Of a stretch of DNA of 64,000 nt, positions 48,201 to 60,550 are shown piece after piece. Position 1 is the stretch's first letter. The number at the start of each line of letters is the position of its first letter. A model generated the notes under the pieces. That model was not told the DNA's origin and did not search any database. It saw nothing but the letters and a program-made list of their open reading frames with translations. A program made the position numbers and the translations under genes. This DNA comes from Macrostomum lignano (taxonomy: Eukaryota). Location: positions 62,001-126,000 of the forward strand of contig NIVC01002355.1 in assembly GCA_002269645.1 (NCBI GenBank), written 5' to 3'.

Positions 48201-51200
48201 CAATTGATCTGTGATTTGGCTAGATTAGCAATTCATTCTATTCCAATTGATCTGTGATTGTCTAGATTAGCAATCCATTCTATTCCAGTTGATCCGTGAT
48301 TGGCTAGATTAGCAATCCATTCTATTCCAGTTGATCTGTGATTGGCTAGATTAGCAATCCATTCTATTCCAATTGATCTGTGATTGGCTATATTAGCAAT
48401 GCATTCTATTCCAATTGATCTGTGATTGGCTAGATTAGCAATCCATTCTATTCCAATTGATCTGTGATTGGCTAGATTAGCAATTCATTCTATTCCAATT
48501 GATTTGTGATTGGCTAGATTAGCAACCCATTCTATTCCAATTGATCTGTGATTGTCTAGATTAGCAGTCCATTCTATTCCAATTGATCTGTGATTGTCTA
48601 GATTAGAAATCCATTCTATTCCAGTTGATCCGTGATTGGCAAGATTAGCAATCCATTCTATTCCAGTTGATTTGTGATTGGCTAGATTAGCAATCCATTC
48701 TATTCCAATTGATTTGTGATTGGCTAGATTAGCAATGCATTCTATTCCAATTGATCTGTGATTGGCTAGATTAGCAATCCATTCTATTCCAATTGATCTG
48801 TGATTGGCTAGATTAGCAATCCATTCTATTCCAATTGATTTGTGATTGGCCAGATTAGCAATCCATTCCATTCCAATTGATCTGTGATTGGCTAGATTAG
48901 CAATCCATTCTATTCCAATTGATTTGTGATTGGCCAGATTAGCAATCCATTCCATAATACAGCTACAACGTCAATTACTATTTCACTATTCTCTCCAGCA
49001 ACTCCAACGGTGTCTCCAGTCAGCTCAGCAGTCATTACACGGGCCAGTCGCAGCAGGCGGCAACATCAAAGTACCACCATCAGCAGCATCAGCAGCCTTA
49101 CAGTGGGGCTTCATCACTTACTCGGCCACCAGCGATGCAAACGCAGCCTTCGTCATCATATTACCAGTCAGCTCATCATGTACAGCAGCAGCAGCAGCCT
49201 TCAATAGAAAGGTGAGCTCTGGAGGTGTGGGAGGAATTCCGTGTGGTTTAAATATTGAAGTTCACATTTTCAAGGAGTGGTTTACCATATGCAAGCGATA
49301 CAGTACTTATTAATGCGACTATTGGGGCTTGGCCGTTGGCTCGTTAAAAATGTTACAAACAGCTTACTGATTCATCAAGTGACGCAGATGCGCTTTAGAC
49401 CCTACGGCCCCTATAAAAGCGTCACTAATTCGTCTAATTGACTCATAAGAGCAATTATTTGACGACTCTAAGACATTCACCAAGGTATCGTTTTCATCTG
49501 TTCTCAGATCCGGCATCTCGTCAGTTGGCGGCAACAGCGCTGGCGGGCAGACGGCCATCAGTGTGGAGACCATCGAGCGAGTCAGACGAAGTTTGCATCG
49601 TCGGTTGAGCGGCGGCGGTGGCGGCAGCAGCGAGGCCGGAGCTGGAGCCGCAGGCGCTGATGCAGAATTGACCAGCTCCACCCAGAACGGTCACGCAGCC
49701 GACCGAGCTGAAGGCGTTCGTCAGGCTTTCGAGTTGCAGTTGAATCGGCTGAAATCTGAGCTCGATGAAGAGCGTCGGAAGCGGCAGGAGTGCGAGACTC
49801 AGCTGCGGTCCAAGCAGCAGGAGGCCTTCAAAAAGGACCAGGAGCTGACAGGTCTCAGGGCGGCCTGCGAGAGAAAAGATCAGACTGTGAGTTGGGTGAA
49901 GGCGTGAGACTTGCATGATCTTGTATGTTGAGTTAATTGGGCTGAATCTGCTAGCTAAATCTACCAGCTAAATCTACCAGCTGAAGCTACCAGCTGAATC
50001 TACCAGCTGAAGCTACCAGCTGAATCTACCAGCTAAAGCTACCAGCTAAAGCTACCAGCTGAAGCTAACAGCTGAATCTACTGGTCAGCTAAAGCTACCA
50101 GCTAAAGCTACCAGCTGAAGCTACCAGCTGAATCTACCAGCTGAAGCTACCAGCTGAATCTACCAGCTAAAGCTACCAGCTAAAGCTACCAGCTGAAGCT
50201 AACAGCTGAATCTACTGGTCAGCTAAAGCTACCAGCTAAAGCTACCAGCTGAAGCTACCAGCTGAAGCTACCAGCTGAATCTACCAGCTGAAGCTACCAG
50301 CTGAATCTACCAGCTAAAGCTACCAGCTAAAGCTACCAGCTGAAGCTAACAGCTGAATCTACTGGTCAGCTAAAGCTACCAGCTAAAGCTACCAGCTGAA
50401 GCTAATAGCTGAAGCTACCAGCTGAATCTACCAGCTGAAGCTACCAGCTGAAGGTACCAGCTGAAGGTACCAGCTGAAGCTACCAGCTAAAGCTACCAGC
50501 TAAATCTACCAACTGAATCTACCAACTGAATCTACCAGCTGAAGCTACCAGCTGAAGCTACCAGCTGAATCTACCAACTGAATCTACCAACTGAATCTAC
50601 CAGCTGAAGCTACCAGCTGAAGGTACCAGCTGAAGCTACCAGCTAAAGCTACCAGCCTCAACTAATCCGCTGCTTTTGGGGCCGACTCCAACGGCAGTAG
50701 CTATATAGCTATATTCGCTTCTTAACTTGTAACCAAGTTTGTCTTTAGAGTTGTAGGTGAAAATCTGTCAATAATTTCGAGAATTCAAACGCACTTTTTC
50801 CTTTTTTATTATTTCTTCAATAGTCGTGCATGCAGTAATATCTTGTTTCGTAAGCTAGTAAGTAGTATATGCGAAAATTTTCTCACTTGTTAGTAATCAG
50901 TTATTATTAGTTAGAAGTTTCACTTGCTATTATGACTGAAAATTGTGTATACAATCTCGAGTCACACTTAAGCTTCTTACGGTGTTCTTTCATTCTCATT
51001 CAATTTGAACGTCAATCATTCTAAGGATACCCCTCACTTTTTCTAAGAAATGCCCCCCCAATAATTTTCAGAGTGGATCCTGTAGCTTTCTAAGAAATGT
51101 TTCTAGGAATAGGCTTTTGAGATGGGGCGGAGAAATGAAAATTTTTCTGGCGGTTGGGCGTTTTTAAACTTTGAATTTCCGCCGGCGTTCGCACGTTCGC

Positions 51201-54200
51201 ACGAGTTAAATCCGGAGAATCGCGCAGACGAATCACAACGAAGTTTTCTCCTGTTTTACTCCGACTGCCGGGTTCGGCAGTCCGGGGGGAGGGTAGTTGC
51301 AATCGTAGGCGAGCGGTCTGTTAGCGGCACGGTAGTTCAAATGGTAGACACCGGAGACTCTGACACCGTGAATTAATGCGTCGATATGCTGAGCTGATTA
51401 CTATCAGTAGGGTAGAGCTGCCACCACCGTAATTCTCGTATTACGGAACGCAATTAGTCTCAGAGCTTCTTTGAGTTGAGAACGTTAATTGTTTTACGCC
51501 CCGTGGGCAAATGACTTAATATAAACTACCGGGGCTTCAATTACTTAATGAAGATAAATTAGTCGATAAATGTGAGCTGCTTATTATTATTAACGGCTAG
51601 TAAAAGAGTATCAAACAAAATTAATTAAAATTAAAGGTTACTTGAGACGCGACGCTATTAGAGATTTTGGCGATCCGGCGGAAGAGAGAATGAGGAGAGG
51701 ACCGAGAGGAAGCTAGATTGCGCATGGTTTCCAGCGTTAAAATAGTTATGCAAAGAAAGCAAGCAGTACATTGATTGGAGCATGCATTGGTACCACAAAA
51801 GGGGCAACTCCGGGAGCCACGAATGGCGCATCATGTGAACAAAATTAAACAAAATAATAATGAACTTAAACATATGCAAAAGTAAATGACCACGGGAAGG
51901 GGCCACAACCGGGAAAAATACAAACCACACAAGGGCGCAAGAGAGGACCAACCAAAGGGGCAAACCCGGGAGCAGTAGATGGGCGGAAACACGTCATGGG
52001 GCATCTCAGGTTGGACAGAGGAGACCAAACCCGGAAAAAGAAAAAAACACGGTGGTAGCCCCACCTACCACACTTTGTTACAATCGCCTCACTTATTTCT
52101 TAGAATCGGTCCTATGCATTTCTAAGAATTGTTACTGTAAAATTTTTCTAAGAAGAATGAATTTCTCTGAGGCGTTCTTAAATTTTCTGCGAAGCTTTCT
52201 AAGAATTTCTCAGATGCTTTCTAAGAATTTTTTCGATGCTTTCTAAGAATTTCTCAGATGCTTTCTAAGAATTTTTTCGATGCTTTCTAAGAATTTCTCA
52301 GATGCTTTCTACGAATTTCTCAGATGCTTTCTACGAATTTCTCAGATGCTTTCTAAGAATTTTTCCGATGCTTTCTAAGAATTTCTCAGATGCTTTCTAA
52401 GAATTTCTCAGGTGCTTTCTAAGAACTTCTCAGATGCTTTCTAAGAATTTTTTCGATGCTTTCTAAGAATTTCTCAGATGCTTTCTACGAATTTTTTCGA
52501 TGCTTTCTAAGAATTTCTCAGGTGCTTTCTACGAATTTTTTCGATGCTTTCTAAGAATTTCTCAGATGCTTTCTACGAATTTTTTCGATGCTTTCTAAGA
52601 ATTTCTCCGATGCTTTCTAAGAATTTCTCAGATGCTTTCTACGAATTTCTCAGACGCTTTCTAAGAATTTCTCAGATGCTTTCTACGAATTTCTCAGATG
52701 CTTTCTAAGAATTTCTCAGATGCTTTCTAAGAATTTCTCAACGATCTTTTTAGAATCACCCGCACGCTATGCTAAAGTCATCCGAGTTATTTCTTAGAAT
52801 CGCTCCTACGTGATTCTAAAAGCTGTCAGCAAGCTTTCAAAGAGTTTATTTAACGATTTCTAAGAATTGCGTCAAAACTTTTATTCAGATCCGGCAGCTG
52901 GAAGACTCGACCGAGAAGCTGAACGAAAACTGGCGCCGAAGAGACGCCGAACGCGAGCAATCGGCGCGCCGCGTCACTGAACGCGCCAGCGCACTGGAAC
53001 ACGAGCTGGCCAACGCCAACGCGCGCGCTCGCCAATCGCAGCAGGAAATCGGCGCCGCTGCGCAGCAAACCGAGCGCCAATTGCGCGACTGGCGCGCCAG
53101 AGCCGAAGCTGCCGAGGCGAACGCGGCGCGCGCCGCGGAAACTGGCGCCACCGAGTTGGCGCGCGTCCGGGAGGAGCTTCGACGCGAAGCTGAGGCCCGC
53201 GCCAGCCTGGCTGCCGAGCTGGAAGCGGCGCGCGCCGAGAAGCGCAACACCGAGGCGTCAGCGCGCCAACGCGAGCGCGTTCTGGAAGCGGAGGCGCGCG
53301 GCTGGTCGGAGCGCCAGGCGGAGTGGCAGGCGCGCCAGGCTGAGACGGAGCGCGCCAGGCACGCCGAACGAGAAGAGCTGGAGCGGGTGGTGGCGGATTT
53401 GAAGCGAGCCCTGGATCAGGTCGGCATTTGTAGATTTGGGAATGGATTTCTGGGATCTCGAAATTTTGGAATGGGATTTTTGAAATCTCAAAGTTTGAGA
53501 ATGGGATTTTTGAAATCTCAAAGTTTGAGAATGGGATTTTTGAAATCTCAAAGTTTGAGAATGGGATTTTTGAAATCTCAAAGTTTGAGAATGGGATTTT
53601 TGAAATCTCAAAGTTTGAGAATGGGATTTTTGAAATCTCAAAGTTTGAGAATGGGATTTTTGAAATCTCAAAGTTTGAGAATGGGATTTTTGGGATCTCA
53701 AAGTTTGAGAATGGGATTTTTGGGATCTCAAAGTTTAAGAATGGGATTTTTTGGGATCTCAAAGTTTGAAAATGGGATTTTTTGGGATCTCAAAATTTGT
53801 TATTGGGATTTTTGGGACCTCAAAGTTTGAGAATTGGATTTTTAGAGTCTTAAATCTTTTGAATGATATTTTGGGATCTAAAATATTTCAGATATGTGGA
53901 TTTCTAGCTATCAAATTAATTTTCCCCACCCGCAGGCCCAAGCAGATCTTCGCCGTTCAGCCTCGGAGCAGGAGCGCCTATCCAGCGAGCTTAGTGACCT
54001 CCAGTCCGCCTGGGAGGCTCGCGAAGCCCAGCTGGAGCCCGCCAGGCGCAAGGCCGAGTCCGAGGCGCGCGCCAGAGCGGAGCGCGAAGCCGCCGAACGG
54101 CTGGAGGCGGCGCGCGCCGATTGGTCCCGGCGCGAACGAGCTGCGCGCGACTCAGCGCAAGCAGAGATTCGAGGCCTGCGGGAGCGCTGGGCGAAGGAGA

Positions 54201-57200
54201 AGGAGACGCTGAGACGGCGGTTCGAGGAAGAGCTGGATGCCAGGTGACTAGTGATAGCGGCGCTAGATTGATCAGAGTAGGGCTAGATTGATCAGATATG
54301 CGTTAGATTGATTGGGGTGGCGCTAGATTGATATGGGTGGCGCTAGATTGATTTGAGTGGCGCTAGAGATGATTGGAGTGGCGCTAGATTGATTAGAGTG
54401 GCGCTAGGTTGATTGGAGTTGCGCTAGGTTGATATGAGTGGCGCTAGATTGATACGGGTGGCGCTAGGTTGATATGGGTGGCGCTAGGTTGATATGGGTG
54501 GCGCTAGGTTGATATGGGTGGCGCTAGATTGGTACGGGTGGCGCTAGGTTAATATGGGTTGCGCTAGGTTGATATGGGTGGCGCTAGGTTGATATGGGTG
54601 GCGCTAGATTGATACGGGTGGCGCTAGATTGATATGGGTTGCGCTAGATTGATTAGAGTGGCGCTAGGTTGATACGGGTGGCGCTAGATTGGTACGGGTG
54701 GCGCTAGATTGATACGGGTGGCGCTAGATTGGTACGGGTGGCGCTAGATTGGTACGGGTGGCGCTAGATTGGTACGGGTGGCGCTAGATTGATATGGGTT
54801 GCGCTAGGTTGATTAGAGTGGCGCTAGGTTTATATGGGTGGCGCTAGGTTGACTAGATTAGATTAGTTAAATTAAAATGGCGCCAATTAGGCCGCATAGA
54901 ATTTAGAATAGAACTCACTGACCAGCTTCAACTCTCCCCAGATGCGCCGAGATGGAAGGGCGACTTCGGTCGGCGCGCGAAGAGAACGAAGAGCTGTCTA
55001 GGCGGTGCGAGCACTGGAAGGAGCAGAAGCGGCATGCGGACCAGCAGCGACTCCGAATGGCCGGTCTGGTGCAGTCGGTAATGCAGGGCCAGTGCAACGA
55101 CGCTCTGAGCATTCTCAGCGGTGGTGGCGGCGGCGTCGGTGGTGCCGGAAGCGATGTCGGTACGGGCCAGCAGCCCATGTCGGCGAGATCAAACGTCACC
55201 CAGGATTCGGTCGGTTCCGCTGGTGACGGCTCGGTGAGAATCGAACTTCGACGTGGACCCCAGCTCGAGGCCGATAAACCGTACGAAGCGTCTTCTTCGG
55301 CCGTTCAAAACTATGACTCATCTGACGGTCATACTGGTCATGTGTATGACTCATCTGCCGGTCATACTGGTCATGCGTATGACTCATCTGCCGGTCGTAC
55401 TGGTCATGCGTATGACTTATCTACTCGTCATACTGGTAATGCGTATGACTCATCTGCCAGTCATACTGGTCATGTGTATGACTCATCTGCCGGTCGTACT
55501 GGTCATGCGTATGACTTATCTACTCGTCATACTGGTAATGCGTATGACTCATCTGCCAGTCATACTGGTCATGCGTATGACTCATCTGCCGGTCATACTG
55601 GTCATGCGTTTGACTCATCTGCCGGTCATACTGGTAATGCGTATGACTCATCTGCCGGTCATACTGGTCATGCGTATGACTCATCTGCCGGTCATACTGG
55701 TCATGCGTATGACTCATCTGCCGGTCATACTGGTCATGCGTATGACTCATCTGCCGGTCATACTGGTCATGCGTATGCCTCATCGAACCGTCATAGCAAT
55801 CACGCGTATGACAACCAACTAGTTAATTATGACGGTCAGGCCAATGACTTATTAGCTGGTCAAAGAAGCATTGCATCCGCTGGTCAAAGAGCTCATGCAT
55901 ATGACGCATCATCTGGTCGCGCGGCTCAGGCGTATGACTCACTAACTCGTCATACATATGACTCATCCGTGAATCGCGCTTCCTTTGACTCGCATTCGCA
56001 TGACTCACCTCGATCAGGAAAAGGTCATCAGCCAGTTTCTGACTCATTAGGGACCAGAGGGCCCTCCGCCACCGCCAGTCATGGTCACGGATCGCCCGCT
56101 AGAAAGCCGAAGTCAGATTTGGCTGCAGCCTATGACTCATCACCTCTGCATGGAGTCTCGTCCTCTGACGTTATCGATGAGTCATTCAGGCCCGCCGCCA
56201 TCGGCAGAGAAGCCACTGCTGGGTCCGTGGTTTTGTCAGCTGAAAGTCGAACCAACAACCAACCGTTGACGCAAAACAGCAGTTCTTCCTATGACTCATC
56301 AATGAGTCACGTCGCTAATAAGTACGAATTGACGATGAAAAACTCCAGCAAACAAGTTTATGACTCACCAGGCGCTCATGCCAGCAAGTATGACTTTCCG
56401 ATGACCGCTAAAGCTAGCAATCAGACCTATGACTCATCAGGGGCTCATGCAAGCTTCCATGACCCTCAAATGACCGCTAAAGCCAGCAATCAGACCTATG
56501 ACTCATCTGCAGCTCATGCCAGCAAGTATAACCCTCAGACGACCGCCAAACCCAGCAACCAGGTCTATGACTCACCAGGGGCTCATGCCAGCAAGTATGA
56601 CCTTCCGATGACCACTAAAGCCAGCAATCAGTACTATGACTCATCTGCAGCTCATGCCAGATTCAATGACACTCCGATGAGTACCATAGCTAGCAACCAG
56701 ACCTATGACTCATTGCTGACTCACACCTCTAACAGTTATGACCCACCGATGACCAAAGCCAGCAGTAGTAGCTATGCCTATGACTCATCGGTGACAGCTC
56801 ACGTAGCCAGCAAGTATGACCCACCAGCGACCCGAGCGGATGACTTGTTGATGACCCGCACAGATGCCCAGCAGGCGTATGACTCATATTTAGCCAAGAC
56901 TCAGACAGCTGCTAGCAGCGGAGCAGCAGTGCCTCGTCTCGATCTGGGACTTGATCGGCAGGAGGACAACAAAACTGACCAACATCCGGGTGATGATGAC
57001 CTTGACAATGCTGACGGATATGGTGTGGCGCAGCAGCAGCACCAGAGGCTGCCGCAGCTGGACCCAATTCTCGAAGCGGACACGCCCAGAACAGACACGG
57101 CCAGATCAGTCAAGCAGCTTATTGATCTTCCGTCTCCTCGTGCTGCTGCTGCTGCTGCTGAACCGGCACCACCTTTTCATCAGCTGATGCGCTCGGTGGC

Positions 57201-57279
57201 CGAAGCACTCGGCGATGGCGAAGCTCCAGACGGAGCGGGCGACGGTCTGGAAGACGCAAATTCTGATAGAAGTTTTTAA
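45219..57279 (+). CDS. CNTROB: Centrobin-like centriolar coiled-coil protein; exons 45219-45574, 45659-45775, 48999-49211, 49508-49886, 52889-53419, 53936-54243, 54942-57279
   Basis: All six GT-AG junctions keep frame (phases 2,2,2,0,0,2). LKSELDEERRKRQECETQ...AACERKDQTIRQLEDSTEKLNENWRRRDAER and QQRLRMAGLVQSVMQGQCNDALSILS parallel human centrobin segments as I recall them (LRDALDSEHTRRKHCE...AADRKKDTMIEQLDKTLARVVEGWNRHEAER; EQRVELVERLQAMLQAHWDEANQLLS); needs BLAST confirmation. Confidence 0.72.
45826..48953. repeat. 42-bp satellite (GATTAGCAATCCATTCTATTCCAATTGATCTGTGATTGGCTA), ~74 units, in centrobin intron 2
   Basis: Direct reading; explains ORF 48485-48955. Confidence 0.97.
49945..50655. 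repeat. 13-bp minisatellite CTACCAGCTGAAG and variants, centrobin intron 4
   Basis: Direct reading. Confidence 0.95.
51081..52082. mobile_element. Candidate solo LTR or other ~1-kb insertion in centrobin intron 4
   Basis: TGTAGC...GTTACA termini; imperfect 4-bp flanks ATCC/ATCG; TATA-like ATATAAA ~51520; sits between TTCTAAGAA-rich repeat flanks. Confidence 0.35.
52170..52740. repeat. 22/23-bp minisatellite ATGCTTTCTAAGAATTTCTCAG, centrobin intron 4
   Basis: Direct reading. Confidence 0.95.
53440..53830. repeat. 30-bp minisatellite GAATGGGATTTTTGAAATCTCAAAGTTTGA, centrobin intron 5
   Basis: Direct reading. Confidence 0.95.
54255..54855. repeat. 20-bp minisatellite GGCGCTAG(A/G)TTGATATGGGT, centrobin intron 6
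   Basis: Direct reading. Confidence 0.95.
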
Positions 57280-57449
57280 CACTGAATTGAAATGTGTTTT
57301 TTTAAAAACATTTATCAATTAGAACAAATAAGCGTTTATTTCTACTGATATCGAGTAGGCTAATGCAAAAGGGTGTTTGACAAAATGTGATTTTGGTTAA
57401 AATTTAGGGCACCTGTAAGACTCCCTGTAAGACTCTCTGTAAGAGTCCT

Positions 57450-57795
57450 GTCTCTAACAGGCTACGAGTCCTGTGCCTAACAGGTTAGACTTGTGTCTAA
57501 CAGGTTAGACTTGTGTCTGACAGGTTAGACTTGTGTCTAACAGGTTAGACTTGTGTCTAACAGGTTAGACTTGTGTCTAACAGGTTAGACTTGTGTCTAA
57601 CAGGTTAGACTTGTGTCTAACAGGTTAGACTTGTGTCTAACAGGTTAGACTTGTGTCTAACAGGTTAGACTTGTGTCTAACAGGTTAGACTTGTATCTAA
57701 CAGGTTAAGAGTCATGTATCCTACAGGTTATGTGTCCTGTATCTAACAGGTTAAGAGTCCTGTGTCTAACAGGTTAAGAGTCCTGTGTCTAACAG
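57450..57795. repeat. 20-bp minisatellite TCTAACAGGTTAGACTTGTG
   Basis: Direct reading. Confidence 0.93.
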
Positions 57796-58238
57796 AATGT
57801 TTATAATTATCTAACGCACAAAACAGGTCCAGTGCCAGTTTAAACCTGACTTTTCCGTCCCAGGCTGTGGCTTTAACTCGAATCCCCACTGCATTGCCGA
57901 TTGGTTTTGCAAAGCATTCAACACCAATTTATAATTTTTACTCTGTTATAGTTTATAGATATTGCACTGGCTGTAACTAAGCAGCCCGTATTTAATAGAA
58001 AACCGGCCTTTATATTTATTGCTACTGTCAGTGATAACTTCTGTTAATTCCGTCTTGTTTTTCAGTTTATTTTTTTACCTTTCAATGCCTTTTTTACGTT
58101 ATTTGCGATTTTGTACTCTGTCGGTGAAATTGCGCTTCGTCAGTAGTTGTTTTGCATCAACTGTTTCTCATTCGAAATTTGGTTGTGCAATAAGTAATAA
58201 ATGCTTTTTTGTCAGCTTAACTAACTAGCTTTTTATTA

Positions 58239-58617
58239 GGGGTGTTGCAAAAGTTTCTGGACTTTGAAATGAGGTGAAATTTTAGTAGTTTATACTCAGC
58301 AACATCGAAAAGTTGCCATCACAGAAGATTCCAGAAGTGCAGGTAAATTCTCTCAATCTTGGCGAGTGACGCAACTCAGCTACGCCGCGACAGACTTGAG
58401 TTCAGGAATGAAGTGGGGGAGCGGTGTGCGAGGGTTGGACGGATTAAAGCTACCCCAATCAGTTTTCTCGTATCTTTTCAGACTATGAGATCAAAGGAGA
58501 ACCAACGGCATCTCATTTTGGCAACAGTGACAGTGGTAACTCAGTTGCGGGTATCATTTAATCACTCCTGTCGTTCACAGAGGTAACACAGTCCAGGTAC
58601 TTTTCTCAACACCCTCG
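58239..58617. mobile_element. Degenerate Tc1/mariner-derived MITE
   Basis: Imperfect TIRs GGGTGTTGCAAAAGTTTCTGGAC and (reverse complement) GGGTGTTGAGAAAAGTACCTGGAC; TA on the left. Confidence 0.5.
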
Positions 58618-59569
58618 TCTCATCTATCATAGGCTGGCCTTTGCGTAGAGACTGCCTGTCGCTTACACTTGCTATTGCCTGTAGTTGAGCCCATGTTCCC
58701 TGATCTGCTTGTGCCTTTCTGTTTTCTTCTATATTTTCAAAGCTGCATATTTTAGGTTGCCTTACATGTAGATTAGATCAACAATATTGATTTAAATTGC
58801 TGCTGATGTACAATTTTTTATGATCTACACTAATCAGGTGTCTGTTGTAAGTTTTGCGACTTTTTTGCGGGCATAATAGCAGTTCAGGTTGTACTTTTGT
58901 TGGCTTGCTGAATCATGCTGAAAATTACGGTTTTCGATAGTTAAAGTTTCTGAATATGCTTGCGGATCTTGTGGCTTTAGAAAAATGAGGCTTTGTGAAT
59001 CTCCAGAAATAATGATGTTTATCTATTCTCTTTGTCTGTCTGTCTGTCTGTCTGTCTTAGTATCTGTCTATCTCTGTCTGTCTGTCTGTCTGTCTGTCTG
59101 TAATAAGTCCGATAGCTGCACACTACGTAAAAAACAATAAAACAAACTTTTACAAAAGCATTACTAATAATCCAGCATTCCTTTGCTATCTAAACTGATT
59201 ATATTTTCTGACGCGCTGCAAACTGCCTGTCGATTTGTTGTCTCACTGCATGAGCCGGGGCAACTTCTAGCTGTAAGATCAAAAAACAAATTTCTTACTA
59301 AAATAAAAAAATAAATGTAGCGATTTCACTTGATCATTTTGAATTTTGAAATCATCTACGCTGATAAATACTCATGCGGTTGATATTATCTCAGTGTCTT
59401 TATATGTCCAGTAGCAGTTTCTCAAGTCGAAACGCCCTGCTAGCTTCGTGTGATCGTTTCATGACAAAAAAATAAAATCGTACATTGTGTGCTTTAAAAT
59501 GTAGAAATTCTGTTTTTCTGAAAAACATCGATAAGAAAAATATAGATAGATGGATAGATAGGTAGATGG

Positions 59570-59921
59570 GGGGCGTAGCCCAGCGGTAGCGCAGGCTCTG
59601 GTGTGCCAGCGACCCAGGCTCGATTCCAAGTGCAGTCACATTAATTTGGGGCTGAATTGGAATCTCGGCTTGGCTCTACTCGTGCAATTAACGGCCTTGA
59701 GAGCCAACCCCCCAAAGCCCAGTGAAGTGTACATGCCTAACGATAATATAAAGTTAGGGCCGCTGTACACTCTGTGAGTGTGTGCCTGCGTACGTATCCG
59801 CGCGCTTGTATGCCTGCTCAGGGGAGTCGGCGGAATGGGCAGTAATGCCTCTCGCCGGTTGTGTGCCCATGTCGCTTAAAGTGCGCCAGGGTGCACACCA
59901 CCCCCCGTGCATCTAAAAAAA
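59570..59921 (+). mobile_element. tRNA-derived SINE, family A, copy 3
   Basis: A box 59576-59586, B box 59617-59627, short A tail; flanked by GATAGATAGGTAGATGG at 59553-59569 and 59922-59938 (TSD-like, but within a GATA microsatellite). Confidence 0.9.
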
Positions 59922-60550
59922 GATAGATAGGTAGATGGATAGATAAATAGATTGATTAATTGATTGATTTATTAATTGATTTATTGATGGATTGATTGAT
60001 CTAGGGACTTGTGCACGAAAATTAATCTAGGGGGGGGGGGGTTGCTGAGCACCCTGTGTGAGCGAGACCAAAGATTCCTTACGAGAACAGGACCCGCGCA
60101 AATTGTCGTGTACTAGACCTGACACAAGCAATAATGCTACTGCCCTGATGCTTCATGTTGGAGCACGAGCTAATTAGTTCGCCTCAAATAATATTTCAAA
60201 AATAGCTTTCGGGGTTTGTACTTTTAATAATAATAATTACTATTATTACGTCGTATTATTATATTTCGCTACAGAATTTTTATTGAATAAAATTCAGAGC
60301 TTTAAATAAATTTACTGTCCACAAAACGCCAGTGTTGAGTTGAGGGTCTTCAATACCTAACCAGCTGAATTTCACCTCTATAATTATTATATCTGCAAGC
60401 CCATAGACCAATTAGCGATTTCACCCGCGATCTGCCTGAGAAAGTGTTTTGAATGACTATTGGACTATAATTATCTTTATCTAGATAAGATAAAGCGTAA
60501 GCGGACTTTTGATATCACCTTACAATAATTATTTAATTAGGCAGGTAATT

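Noticed and set aside
48485-48955. 156-aa IEWIANLANH repeat ORF
   Set aside because: Antisense reading of the intronic 42-bp satellite
52974-53830. ORFs 52974-53762 and the read-through tail of 53081-53830
   Set aside because: Antisense of a centrobin exon plus the 30-bp intronic array; the true exon ends at the donor at 53419
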